From positions 1 through 35,108 of the IMG/VR virus record IMGVR_UViG_3300028198_000279: a stretch of DNA of 35,108 nt; one strand, 5' to 3'. Below are positions 16,660 through 24,985 of this stretch, in pieces. The position numbers were made by a program, and so were the translations under genes. Below the pieces are notes generated by a model. The model had not been told where the DNA came from. It searched no databases and worked only from the letters and a program-made list of their open reading frames with translations. Source of the DNA: a virus. Within the stretch, counting starts at the first letter, position 1, and each line of letters starts with the position of its first letter.

Positions 16660-17664
16660 TTTTAACTCCGTCCAATCTTGTGGATTACTGTATCGTGATT
16701 TATAATACCATTTTTTATCTTTTACAGACCAAATATATGCGAATTCATCACCACTATTAAATTTTAATTTATCTCTATTTCTCCATGTGCTCGACATACT
16801 ACTTTTTGAACCTCTATCACGACCATAAAATACTGTTTCACCTTTTTTTGGGTGTCCAAATGAATGGTCATCACCACCCTTAATACTTTTATCAATAGTA
16901 GAAATACCTTGTTTGCCAAGTTTCATTAATTGTTTAACTTTACCAGTATTGGAATAATACCGTTTTAACATTTTACCTGCATATTCTGGGTAACCATCAT
17001 AATGTCCATAGGTAGATGCTATTTTACCACTCGGTGCTTCAATACCAACCGACCAACGAGTTCCCTCTGTTAATACTGACTGAATTTCTTCTTTAATTAT
17101 TTCTTTAATTCTCGTTTTAGTTATTTTCATTGTTTTTTTCTCAGTTACGGAACAACAAGTATGTCCTTCTTTACAATTATCACAACACTCTTTATTTGTA
17201 AGTTTTCCTTCTTTAATGGATTCAAGAGATGGATATCCTCTTTGTACATTTATAACACTCGAAATAGCACGCTTTATACTTTTTTTACCTTGTCTATAAT
17301 TATAAAACTCATTTGCTATCATAGCAGATAAATAACTTAATCCTGGGTATTTTCTGGGATTGTATATTGGATATTTAGATGCTAAATAATCTGTTATTTT
17401 TTTTAGTTGGCTTCGAGGAGCTTTCTTTGGAAATTTTTTATCTAAATCTTTAAATGTAGATGTAATATTCTTTCTTAAAGCTGAATTTACTATTTTTTTT
17501 TCATTTACGGATTCCATTTTTTCAGTACTATGTGGTTCATCAAAATCTGAATCTTCTTCTGGTGCATAATCTCTAAATCCACTTGGATGTATATTTACAC
17601 CATCTATTATATTCTTATATTCTTCACGCACTATGCGTTTTAAAACTTCCAAAGCATCTGACAT
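16657..17664 (-). CDS. 335-aa modular protein (ESVNE/ESIKE linkers, Cys-rich micro-module, internal MKITK leader, C-terminal HYDGYP domain)
   Basis: GGAG SD; ESVNE at 17500; ESIKE at 17209; CCDNCKEGHTCC at 17152-17187; MKITKTRIKEIIKEEIQSVLTE at 17130; HYDGYP at 16987-17004. Confidence 0.78.
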   Translation of the reverse strand: MSDALEVLKRIVREEYKNIIDGVNIHPSGFRDYAPEEDSDFDEPHSTEKMESVNEKKIVNSALRKNITSTFKDLDKKFPKKAPRSQLKKITDYLASKYPIYNPRKYPGLSYLSAMIANEFYNYRQGKKSIKRAISSVINVQRGYPSLESIKEGKLTNKECCDNCKEGHTCCSVTEKKTMKITKTRIKEIIKEEIQSVLTEGTRWSVGIEAPSGKIASTYGHYDGYPEYAGKMLKRYYSNTGKVKQLMKLGKQGISTIDKSIKGGDDHSFGHPKKGETVFYGRDRGSKSSMSSTWRNRDKLKFNSGDEFAYIWSVKDKKWYYKSRYSNPQDWTELK

Positions 17665-17695
17665 TTATTTACTCCAATGATTGCAGTTATTCAGT

Positions 17696-17704
17696 AATAA
17701 ATAT
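17696..17704 (-). promoter_or_regulatory. Candidate late-promoter element ATATTTAT(A/T), about 32-35 nt upstream of block-leading start codons
   Basis: The same 9-mer lies in intergenic gaps at 1845-1853 (ATG 1811), 6564-6572 (ATG 6529) and 17696-17704 (ATG 17664), and also at 7753-7761. Chance matches are expected in AT-rich DNA; the support is the consistent spacing. Confidence 0.45.
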
Positions 17705-17733
17705 TAACTTACAAAAATATACATACTTTTACA

Positions 17734-19224
17734 TCAAGAAAAGACCTTTACTCCATATTTTTTAGAAAATGCAGTCGCATCTATGTAAGAATTCACAATT
17801 GGTTGTCCTTTTATGTTTAAACTTGTGTTTAATACCATAGGACACCCCGTTTTTTTGTAAAATTCCTTAATTAACTTGTAAAATCCAAGATTATCTTCCT
17901 TAGAAACAGTTTGAACTCTCGAAGTACCATCTATATGACATATAGCTGGATATTTCTTTGGATATTTACACTTTGCTACAAATTGCATAAATTGACTCTT
18001 CTTAACGGGCATATCAAATAGTTCATGAGCGTGTTCTTCCAATACTGCAGGTGCAAATGGTCTAAATTCTTGTCTATGTTTGATTTTATTCACTTTATCT
18101 TTAATTTTCTTACCACGAGGATCAGCCAACAGCGATCGATTGCCCAATGCGCGCGGCCCAAACTCAGCTCTACCATTTGCAACTCCAACTATGTTAGTTA
18201 GAAGTAATTCATCTAATACTTTCTTTCTTGGATAACGGCCACCTATATCATAACCTGTAAATGGTGTTTTCCAATTCACGTGCTCTCCGAAAGCATATGC
18301 CGCACATCCTAACGAACTACCTGCATCTCCTGGGTTTGGTAATATCCATAAATTAGGATATAACTCTTCTGCAATAATACTATTGGCTACACAGTTCAAT
18401 GCAACTCCACCACCATATACACAATTATCTGTTTCGGGAACTAATCTTTGGGCCAATTCAAATACACTATATATCTCATCTTCACAAATACTCTGTACAT
18501 TGGCGGCTATATCAAATTTCCATTGTTCACTATCATCATCTGGGTAGTATGTTGGATTCCAATCTAAACATCCTCTATGTAGATTTTGTGTTAATCTAAT
18601 AGGTAATGGTGTCTCTTTGAAAAAATCATTCCGTATATTCTGTTTTAATTCTTTATCAACCGTTCCCCAACCTGCCATTCCCATAAGAATGTATTCATCT
18701 TCTTGTGGTTTCAATCCTAATCGTTGAGTCATTGCACTATACCACAATCCTAATGAGTTTGGATATCTTATCGAGTATCGTTTTTCTAAATGTCCCCCAT
18801 ACGCATACCAAATAGAACAAGTTTCCCATTCTCCCATAGCATCTATAACCACAATTGCAGATTCTTCATAAGGTGATGTAAAATAACCTGCTGCTGCGTG
18901 AGATGTGTGATGTTGTACATATTCTATTGGTGTATTTCCAACAAAATCTCTTAAATAATAAGATGGTAAATTTTTACGAGATAATACTTCACCGTATTGA
19001 CCTGCTCTTAATTGTCTTAACTTTTTTAGATATGGTCTTTCATAATATACTACCTTATCTGGTCTACCATATTTAAAACAATCACTAAATAGTGGTTGAT
19101 TCAAATCAGGGTCGTTTTTAATACCACTATAACGTTCACTATGTGCAGCAAATAATATCTCACCATCTTCTATCATAGTTATGGCTGCATCGTGGTTTAA
19201 AGCGTTTATTCCTAATATTTTCAT
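17734..19224 (-). CDS. O-carbamoyltransferase, NodU/CmcH family
   Basis: HDAA, ERYS.IK, HHTSHAAAGYF, DAMGE, GGVALNCVAN, GDAG, EFGPRALGNRSLLADP, HIDGTSRVQTV and LNTSLN.KGQPIV motifs. Confidence 0.95.
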   Translation of the reverse strand: MKILGINALNHDAAITMIEDGEILFAAHSERYSGIKNDPDLNQPLFSDCFKYGRPDKVVYYERPYLKKLRQLRAGQYGEVLSRKNLPSYYLRDFVGNTPIEYVQHHTSHAAAGYFTSPYEESAIVVIDAMGEWETCSIWYAYGGHLEKRYSIRYPNSLGLWYSAMTQRLGLKPQEDEYILMGMAGWGTVDKELKQNIRNDFFKETPLPIRLTQNLHRGCLDWNPTYYPDDDSEQWKFDIAANVQSICEDEIYSVFELAQRLVPETDNCVYGGGVALNCVANSIIAEELYPNLWILPNPGDAGSSLGCAAYAFGEHVNWKTPFTGYDIGGRYPRKKVLDELLLTNIVGVANGRAEFGPRALGNRSLLADPRGKKIKDKVNKIKHRQEFRPFAPAVLEEHAHELFDMPVKKSQFMQFVAKCKYPKKYPAICHIDGTSRVQTVSKEDNLGFYKLIKEFYKKTGCPMVLNTSLNIKGQPIVNSYIDATAFSKKYGVKVFS

Positions 19225-20003
19225 TTAAAGTATTCCTCTACTTTTGGTGTAATAACATCTGCACAAAATGCTTCGTGTCCTTCTCGTGTAGAATGTATTG
19301 TATGATCGAATGGGATATTATTTTCTATATTATGTTCATATATACCTTTTGTTCCATCATATAAACAAAACTTATCCATATCAATTAAATCATATAAATG
19401 TTTTGGTTCTTCGTATTTGGATAACCCTTCTGTAAATAAATCATTTAAGCTTGTCATAAAATATGGTATATTATATTTTTCTAAAAACCATTGTGTTCTC
19501 AATATATTTTCTAATGTTTCCCAAAACATTCCTTCAAAGGTATAATAATCTGTATACCAAGTTTTCCAAAATTCTGTATCCGCTTCTACCCAATTATGCA
19601 TCCCACTTTTCATCCATAAACTATTGATATCTTTTGATTTTTTATAAGCCTCTCCACTCATCGTCACAGTTGGATATGTTAATTTATCATCAATAACTTG
19701 ATCTAACCATAACTTACTGGGTTGTTTTTTAATCTCTCCCCATTTTAATGTTTCTTTTCTACTAATCAAAATATCTTTTCTACTAACATCAGTCCACATC
19801 ACCCCAACCACTAAATCTTTTTCATCCATATAATGATGGGATATTGTATTTATTAACTGTTTTGCTATAAAGGAATTTCCACTCATACCAGAACCAAGAT
19901 TAACTAATTTTGTATTCATTTGTTTAGATATGAGATTTGGCCAAGAAAATCCACCTGGTCTATCTTCAGTAAAACTACAACCACTTGTTAATAGGGTTTT
20001 CAT
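19221..20003 (-). CDS. SGNH/GDSL-like hydrolase or acyltransferase
   Basis: N-terminal TSGCSFT, SW, NLG.G.SGN and C-terminal DHTIHST..GH. Confidence 0.6.
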   Translation of the reverse strand: MKTLLTSGCSFTEDRPGGFSWPNLISKQMNTKLVNLGSGMSGNSFIAKQLINTISHHYMDEKDLVVGVMWTDVSRKDILISRKETLKWGEIKKQPSKLWLDQVIDDKLTYPTVTMSGEAYKKSKDINSLWMKSGMHNWVEADTEFWKTWYTDYYTFEGMFWETLENILRTQWFLEKYNIPYFMTSLNDLFTEGLSKYEEPKHLYDLIDMDKFCLYDGTKGIYEHNIENNIPFDHTIHSTREGHEAFCADVITPKVEEYFK

Positions 20004-20707
20004 TCGAAATATTTCTCCATCTTTATTTCTCTCGGTGTGAAATCGTCTCTGTCTATAATATCTTTTAAAAACAAATACATATTATAATTATTTTTATCAT
20101 TTAAATGATTTTTCCTATCATCCTTTGATATAGTGTTCGAATCAAAATTAGGTTCTTTCATAGAAATATCTTCATACAAATATAAATTTCCCCAAACAAC
20201 ATTTTCTGGTATATAATCGGGAAAACTTTCTGAAAAACATTTTAAAAATATACATTTTTTATTATATTTCTTCACTACACTCTCTATTTCTCTCAATAAC
20301 CCTCTATGTGTTGTTTCCATATGTGAATCATCATATAACATTTTATAATAATACTTTACTGCAGTTTGTAATTCCTTATAATTAAATACTGACGGTAATA
20401 TTCCATGACTGTGAGAATATCGCTTATCATCTTGTATTTCAATAAATGCATTTTTATCCATCCCTTGATTAATTGTAATTGGTAATTTAAATGGATTAGA
20501 TAACCTACTTGGATCTGTGATACAAAATATTATTAAATCGGCCTCCTTAATATTTTCAATCATTCTCTCGTAGGCATGAAATAAAGATAACCCAGATGTT
20601 CCCTTACATAAAATTTCTGCATTATATTTTTTAACTATTCTCGACGGCCAACTCAGGGGACTAAAATCTACTACAAAACTGTCACCACAGAAAGCTATTT
20701 TTTTCCT
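20000..20707 (-). CDS. SGNH-like protein whose reading frame extends upstream of the annotated Met to (R)KKIAFCGDSF, with no ATG
   Basis: The frame is open from 20707: AGG AAA AAA ATA GCT TTC TGT GGT GAC AGT TTT (RKKIAFCGDSF...SWP...GTSG). The SGNH block I motif lies in this extension. Confidence 0.65.
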   Translation of the reverse strand, partial: RKKIAFCGDSFVVDFSPLSWPSRIVKKYNAEILCKGTSGLSLFHAYERMIENIKEADLIIFCITDPSRLSNPFKLPITINQGMDKNAFIEIQDDKRYSHSHGILPSVFNYKELQTAVKYYYKMLYDDSHMETTHRGLLREIESVVKKYNKKCIFLKCFSESFPDYIPENVVWGNLYLYEDISMKEPNFDSNTISKDDRKNHLNDKNNYNMYLFLKDIIDRDDFTPREIKMEKYFE

Positions 20708-20904
20708 TGATATGATACTATCCCCGCATTAGCTATTATTTGTTCAAACGTATATGTTTCTAATTCATCCATATGTTCAATCGGATGTAACGTTTCAAAA
20801 AAATCTAAAATCCAATCATAGTCCTGATTGTTATATGCTATAAGAATATCACAAATATCTCTTTCTGTTATAACATATTTATTATTTGGTAATTCTATTT
20901 TCAT
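20695..20904 (-). CDS. Small acidic hypothetical protein
   Basis: 69-aa ORF with an ATGA overlap at 20901-20904; ends in GGA AAA AAA TAG. Confidence 0.55.
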   Translation of the reverse strand: MKIELPNNKYVITERDICDILIAYNNQDYDWILDFFETLHPIEHMDELETYTFEQIIANAGIVSYQGKK

Positions 20905-22019
20905 TTTTCCTCTGTTATATTTTTTTCTAAATTCTCGGTTAAATGTTTCATACTACCTCGTTCAACTATCAAATCATAGTTATATTTTAATGTAGGAATC
21001 ATATCAATATATAACTTATGTAATTCTTCAATAGGCATTTTATCAAATTTCATCAATAAGTTAAAAACTTTTTCAAATCTCTTATCGTTATTTTCTTCTT
21101 CATCATAACTCTCGTCCCAAAAATCTCCAAATGTTTTAAATCCTATACTTCTCATATGTTTTAAAGTATATGGACTACCTAAAACTATAAATGGATGATA
21201 ATGTATAATAGGTTTATAAACTTTTTCTGTTATAATATAATCAGCCTCATAAAAAAACGTCTCAGTAACTAAACTGATATAACTACTCTTATAAATATCA
21301 ACCGTCTCATCTCTAACAGTAAAAATATATCCAGGACTCTCATGAGAAAAAGATTCATATACATTTTTTTTATTTTTTACTAACTTATCCATCTCTGAAT
21401 ATAATTCTTTTTGTGATATTAAATTATAACTTCCTTTTGGTTGAGCGGTTAAATTTATCAATTCATTTAATGGTGGTACTTCTGAATCAAACTCTGGGTC
21501 TAAATTATAGGTGATATAATTAGTTTCAAATAAGTTATGTTTACTTGATAATGCTAATAACAATACTCTATGCCAACAATTATTCAATCGTCTATTTAAC
21601 GATAAAATTTTCTTTTCTCTTTTATCAGTTAAAAAACTTAAATCTTTATAAAACCTCTTAATATTATCTTGTCTATTAAAATGTAATCCTACCTTATACA
21701 TTAAATAATCAGTACTTACAAACTTTATTTCAGTTTGTGGTAATGAAAGATTTCTATTAATTAAAACCATAACTTTATCTTTTTTTATTCCTCGTAAATC
21801 TATAACTTTTTCTAAATCAGAAATAAATCTCTTTACATCTGAATCGGTTATCCAATCTATTAATAAATAATAATTTGATTCGTTATTAACTCTATGTACT
21901 ATATCATCGGTTAAATTTGAAATTATATTTGAATCATTTAAAAGATCCCATGTATCTCTTATATCATTACCTATTAATTTACCAAACTTTTTACAAACCT
22001 CTCGTATTTCATTTTTCAT
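20901..22019 (-). CDS. Putative glycosyltransferase-like protein (C-terminal S.VTET..TEK..KP...PF..G...GFKTF..DESYD family), paralog 1
   Basis: The motif block is shared with 23897-24985 and resembles GT10-like C-terminal motifs; the GT assignment is inference. Confidence 0.55.
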   Translation of the reverse strand: MKNEIREVCKKFGKLIGNDIRDTWDLLNDSNIISNLTDDIVHRVNNESNYYLLIDWITDSDVKRFISDLEKVIDLRGIKKDKVMVLINRNLSLPQTEIKFVSTDYLMYKVGLHFNRQDNIKRFYKDLSFLTDKREKKILSLNRRLNNCWHRVLLLALSSKHNLFETNYITYNLDPEFDSEVPPLNELINLTAQPKGSYNLISQKELYSEMDKLVKNKKNVYESFSHESPGYIFTVRDETVDIYKSSYISLVTETFFYEADYIITEKVYKPIIHYHPFIVLGSPYTLKHMRSIGFKTFGDFWDESYDEEENNDKRFEKVFNLLMKFDKMPIEELHKLYIDMIPTLKYNYDLIVERGSMKHLTENLEKNITEEK

Positions 22020-23922
22020 AAACTACTGTCTCAAAACCTTTATTTCTTCTTCCCCACCATATAGCCTTTGTACCCCATTCTCTAACATCATTTTTATAAT
22101 TTTCAGAATCAAACTGATAATTATAACCACTATTTGTTAATTTTTTATTGTTGAATAGAACATCTTTTATATTATAATCAAACCTTTTCATCATAGGATA
22201 TTTTTCAAGTGGATTCTTTATTATCGAAGATTGAAATTCTATTATATCATTTTCAACTTTCTCATTTAAATTAAATTGATTTAAAAACTCTCTAACACTA
22301 TCAAAAAACTCATCTCTATTTAATGCAACCTCTAAAGCGGTGGCTTCTTCAAAATTCCAATAAAAATTTCCAGTTAAATCTACAGCTCTTCCCCATAAAG
22401 TTTCTTTTCTTAAAACTTTACCTAAAGTATTTTTTGTTATCAAATATTGTTTTCCCATAAAACTATTAGGATTATCAACCATATATGTATAAAATTTTTC
22501 ATAAAATTCTTTATAAGATACTTTCTTAACAGTTTTTATAAATCTTGATATATACTTTAAATGCCCTAAACTATAACCAAACATAAATAACCACTTCCAT
22601 ACACTAGCCTCAATATATTGTTCTCTTGTCATTGTCTTACTACCAACTACCATATATTCACTTTCATTTTTCAATAAATCTGCATTTTCATGATGATAAA
22701 ATGCTGGAGTAGTTTCCACAATATCAATATCATATTCCTTAATATATTCGGCGTCAAAAAATGGTGTGTTGGGTAATGCCGTCAATGGATGAATATCAAC
22801 ATAATCATTATATCCCAAATCTAATAACTGAAAAATTCCATCTTTAAATGATTCAACAGTTTCCATAGGTAATCCAAGAATTATTTCAACATAACTAACC
22901 AAATTTTCATCTTTATATAAATCAAAAAATTCTTTTAATTTACCATCATCTACATTTTTTCTTTTTACTGCCTTTAACACTTCAGGATTCCTGGACTGTA
23001 ATGCAATCGTTATCCCTTTCATCATTTTAGCCTTAGTCAATAATTTAGCCAATTCAACAACTTTATCTGCTCTAGATTTTGCCCAATCTATTCTAATATT
23101 ATCTGGATAACCTGTTTTCTTCTTTAAATCTGTCATATATCTAACTTGGTCAAGATGTTCAGGAAATAATCCAAAATTAGAATCTGCGTTATAAAAAAAT
23201 AATAATTTATTTTTAGATATCCAATCTAATTCTTTAAATATTTTTTCGTTTGATTGTTTTGTGAGTTTCTGAAAATATTTATCTCCTATTTCACAAAATG
23301 TGCATTGATACGGACAACCACGAACACTTTCAATACATGCTTCAAAGTCATAATTATGGTCTTTAATTTTAATTAAACTATCAAATAACCCATCTAAATA
23401 TGGACTTGGCATTGAATCTATATCTTTAATTCTTGGTCTTGATGATGTAGTGATAAATTTATCACCATTAATAGTAATTCCGGGAATATTTTTAAAATTT
23501 GAGGTATCTTTTAAATTCTCAAGTAATATTTCTTTAAATGAAATCTCTCCTTCACCGTGAACTGTTATATCCACATACGGGTGTTCTATAAAAAAATTAA
23601 AAACTTTATCTGACTTAGGTGTGCCCTGCCCACCAAAAACTATAAGACAATTTGGATACTTTTCTTTTATTTTTTTGGCTAATTTATAATTTATATGAGT
23701 ATTCCAAACAAAATTTGAAAATCCAACGACTGAAGGATTATCTATTTTATTCATAATTTTATCTATTACATCTCTATAATAAATCCAACCACCTAACTCA
23801 TAATTTGATTTAATAGTATTATCTAATATACATTGTCCCCAAATTAAACCAGTGCTATACGGTAATTTAACTTGGTTTTCAGTAATATCACTTATTTCAA
23901 ACAGATATACTTGTTTTTTCAT
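22009..23922 (-). CDS. Cobalamin-binding radical SAM protein (class B methyltransferase-like architecture)
   Basis: N-terminal B12-binding-like segment (PYS.G, GFS.FVWN, IVFGG, VHGEGE), RGCPYQCTFC cluster motif at 23293-23316, D.NFG, ALQS and ILGLP.ET. Confidence 0.92.
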   Translation of the reverse strand: MKKQVYLFEISDITENQVKLPYSTGLIWGQCILDNTIKSNYELGGWIYYRDVIDKIMNKIDNPSVVGFSNFVWNTHINYKLAKKIKEKYPNCLIVFGGQGTPKSDKVFNFFIEHPYVDITVHGEGEISFKEILLENLKDTSNFKNIPGITINGDKFITTSSRPRIKDIDSMPSPYLDGLFDSLIKIKDHNYDFEACIESVRGCPYQCTFCEIGDKYFQKLTKQSNEKIFKELDWISKNKLLFFYNADSNFGLFPEHLDQVRYMTDLKKKTGYPDNIRIDWAKSRADKVVELAKLLTKAKMMKGITIALQSRNPEVLKAVKRKNVDDGKLKEFFDLYKDENLVSYVEIILGLPMETVESFKDGIFQLLDLGYNDYVDIHPLTALPNTPFFDAEYIKEYDIDIVETTPAFYHHENADLLKNESEYMVVGSKTMTREQYIEASVWKWLFMFGYSLGHLKYISRFIKTVKKVSYKEFYEKFYTYMVDNPNSFMGKQYLITKNTLGKVLRKETLWGRAVDLTGNFYWNFEEATALEVALNRDEFFDSVREFLNQFNLNEKVENDIIEFQSSIIKNPLEKYPMMKRFDYNIKDVLFNNKKLTNSGYNYQFDSENYKNDVREWGTKAIWWGRRNKGFETVVYEK

Positions 23923-24985
23923 AAATTTTCATCAATTTAGTTATAAGGTCATCTACATATCCATCATGAGCAAAAAATCTCTTCTGATTATAAATAACCT
24001 TTTCTTGCACTTTATCTAATTTTTCATAAAATTCTTTATCTGGTAAAGTCAACACTCTTTCTATTTCTTTCCAAACTGCCCTTGTTCTTTCTTCCCAAGT
24101 TTCCATTTCATCGTAAGATTCATCAAATATATCATTATAAGTTTTGAATCCCATCTCGTTTAAAAACTTCAAAGAATTTTTAAAACCAATTAGAATAAAC
24201 GGTTGACCATAATATAATGGTTTAGTGAATTTTTCAGTAAAATATGCACTTATTTTATCTTGGTCAAATGCTTCCCACCCACCACTAGATTCTTGTACGA
24301 TACTAAAATAAGAATCATTATGAAAAAAATCCAATACATTTTTATTGGGGTCTAAAAAACGAGCGTTCCCACCTGCCAAATTTTCTAAAAGTTCTTTTTG
24401 AGTTAAAGATACATCTAAAGTAATTCCTTTTGATAAATCACTAATATATCCAAGATTTTTGAATCTCTCCAACTTATCTAAAATATATTCTCTTGGTTTA
24501 GTATGATTTCCATTTAAATTTATAAATTTTTTACTTGGTAATACTTCTCTATCCTCATATTTTACAAATTTATATGGATTATATCCTATATTTTTTATCA
24601 AATTTTCTTTATCATGTAAAAAATACCAAGGAAACCCAATACAATTAAATTTTGTATCATAATTTTTATCTAAATCTAAATCACCATTAATAAAAACAAC
24701 CTTACTTTCATCTAATTTCAATTCTTCACATACTGTATGTAATTCTCTAATTTCATTTGGTGCATGTGATTCAGTTTTCATCCAAAATATCCATAAATCA
24801 TTATCTTTAACATAACCACCATCTATTAAACTTTTATAATAATCTATATCATATTCTTGAAATCCACCCCCATTTACAAGAAATATAGAATTTTTACATA
24901 CCTTTTCAAAAACTACGTTTAACTTACCAGTAACCCAATTAACTTCATTATAAGCAAGTCGTTGTGGGTGTAATTGGTCAATCAT
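23897..24985 (-). CDS. Putative glycosyltransferase-like protein, paralog 2
   Basis: FSIVQES...FTEKFTKPLYYGQPFILIG...GFKTY..IFDESYD. Confidence 0.55.
   Translation of the reverse strand: MIDQLHPQRLAYNEVNWVTGKLNVVFEKVCKNSIFLVNGGGFQEYDIDYYKSLIDGGYVKDNDLWIFWMKTESHAPNEIRELHTVCEELKLDESKVVFINGDLDLDKNYDTKFNCIGFPWYFLHDKENLIKNIGYNPYKFVKYEDREVLPSKKFINLNGNHTKPREYILDKLERFKNLGYISDLSKGITLDVSLTQKELLENLAGGNARFLDPNKNVLDFFHNDSYFSIVQESSGGWEAFDQDKISAYFTEKFTKPLYYGQPFILIGFKNSLKFLNEMGFKTYNDIFDESYDEMETWEERTRAVWKEIERVLTLPDKEFYEKLDKVQEKVIYNQKRFFAHDGYVDDLITKLMKIYEKTSISV

Larger units (their letters stand above)
13884..17514 (-). repeat. Dispersed in-frame 15-bp repeat GAATCCGTAAATGAA (encodes ESVNE)
   Basis: Exact copies at 13884-13898, 14127-14141, 14781-14795 and 17500-17514. 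Variants at 14349-14363 and 14586-14600 (GAATCAGTAAATGAA) and 15618-15632; more diverged at 14943, 15174 and 17209. Confidence 0.9.

Noticed and set aside
13884-17514. ESVNE DNA repeats as a CRISPR array
   Set aside because: The repeats are only 15 bp, are spaced 160-240 bp or more apart, are all in frame inside long ORFs, and no cas genes are present.
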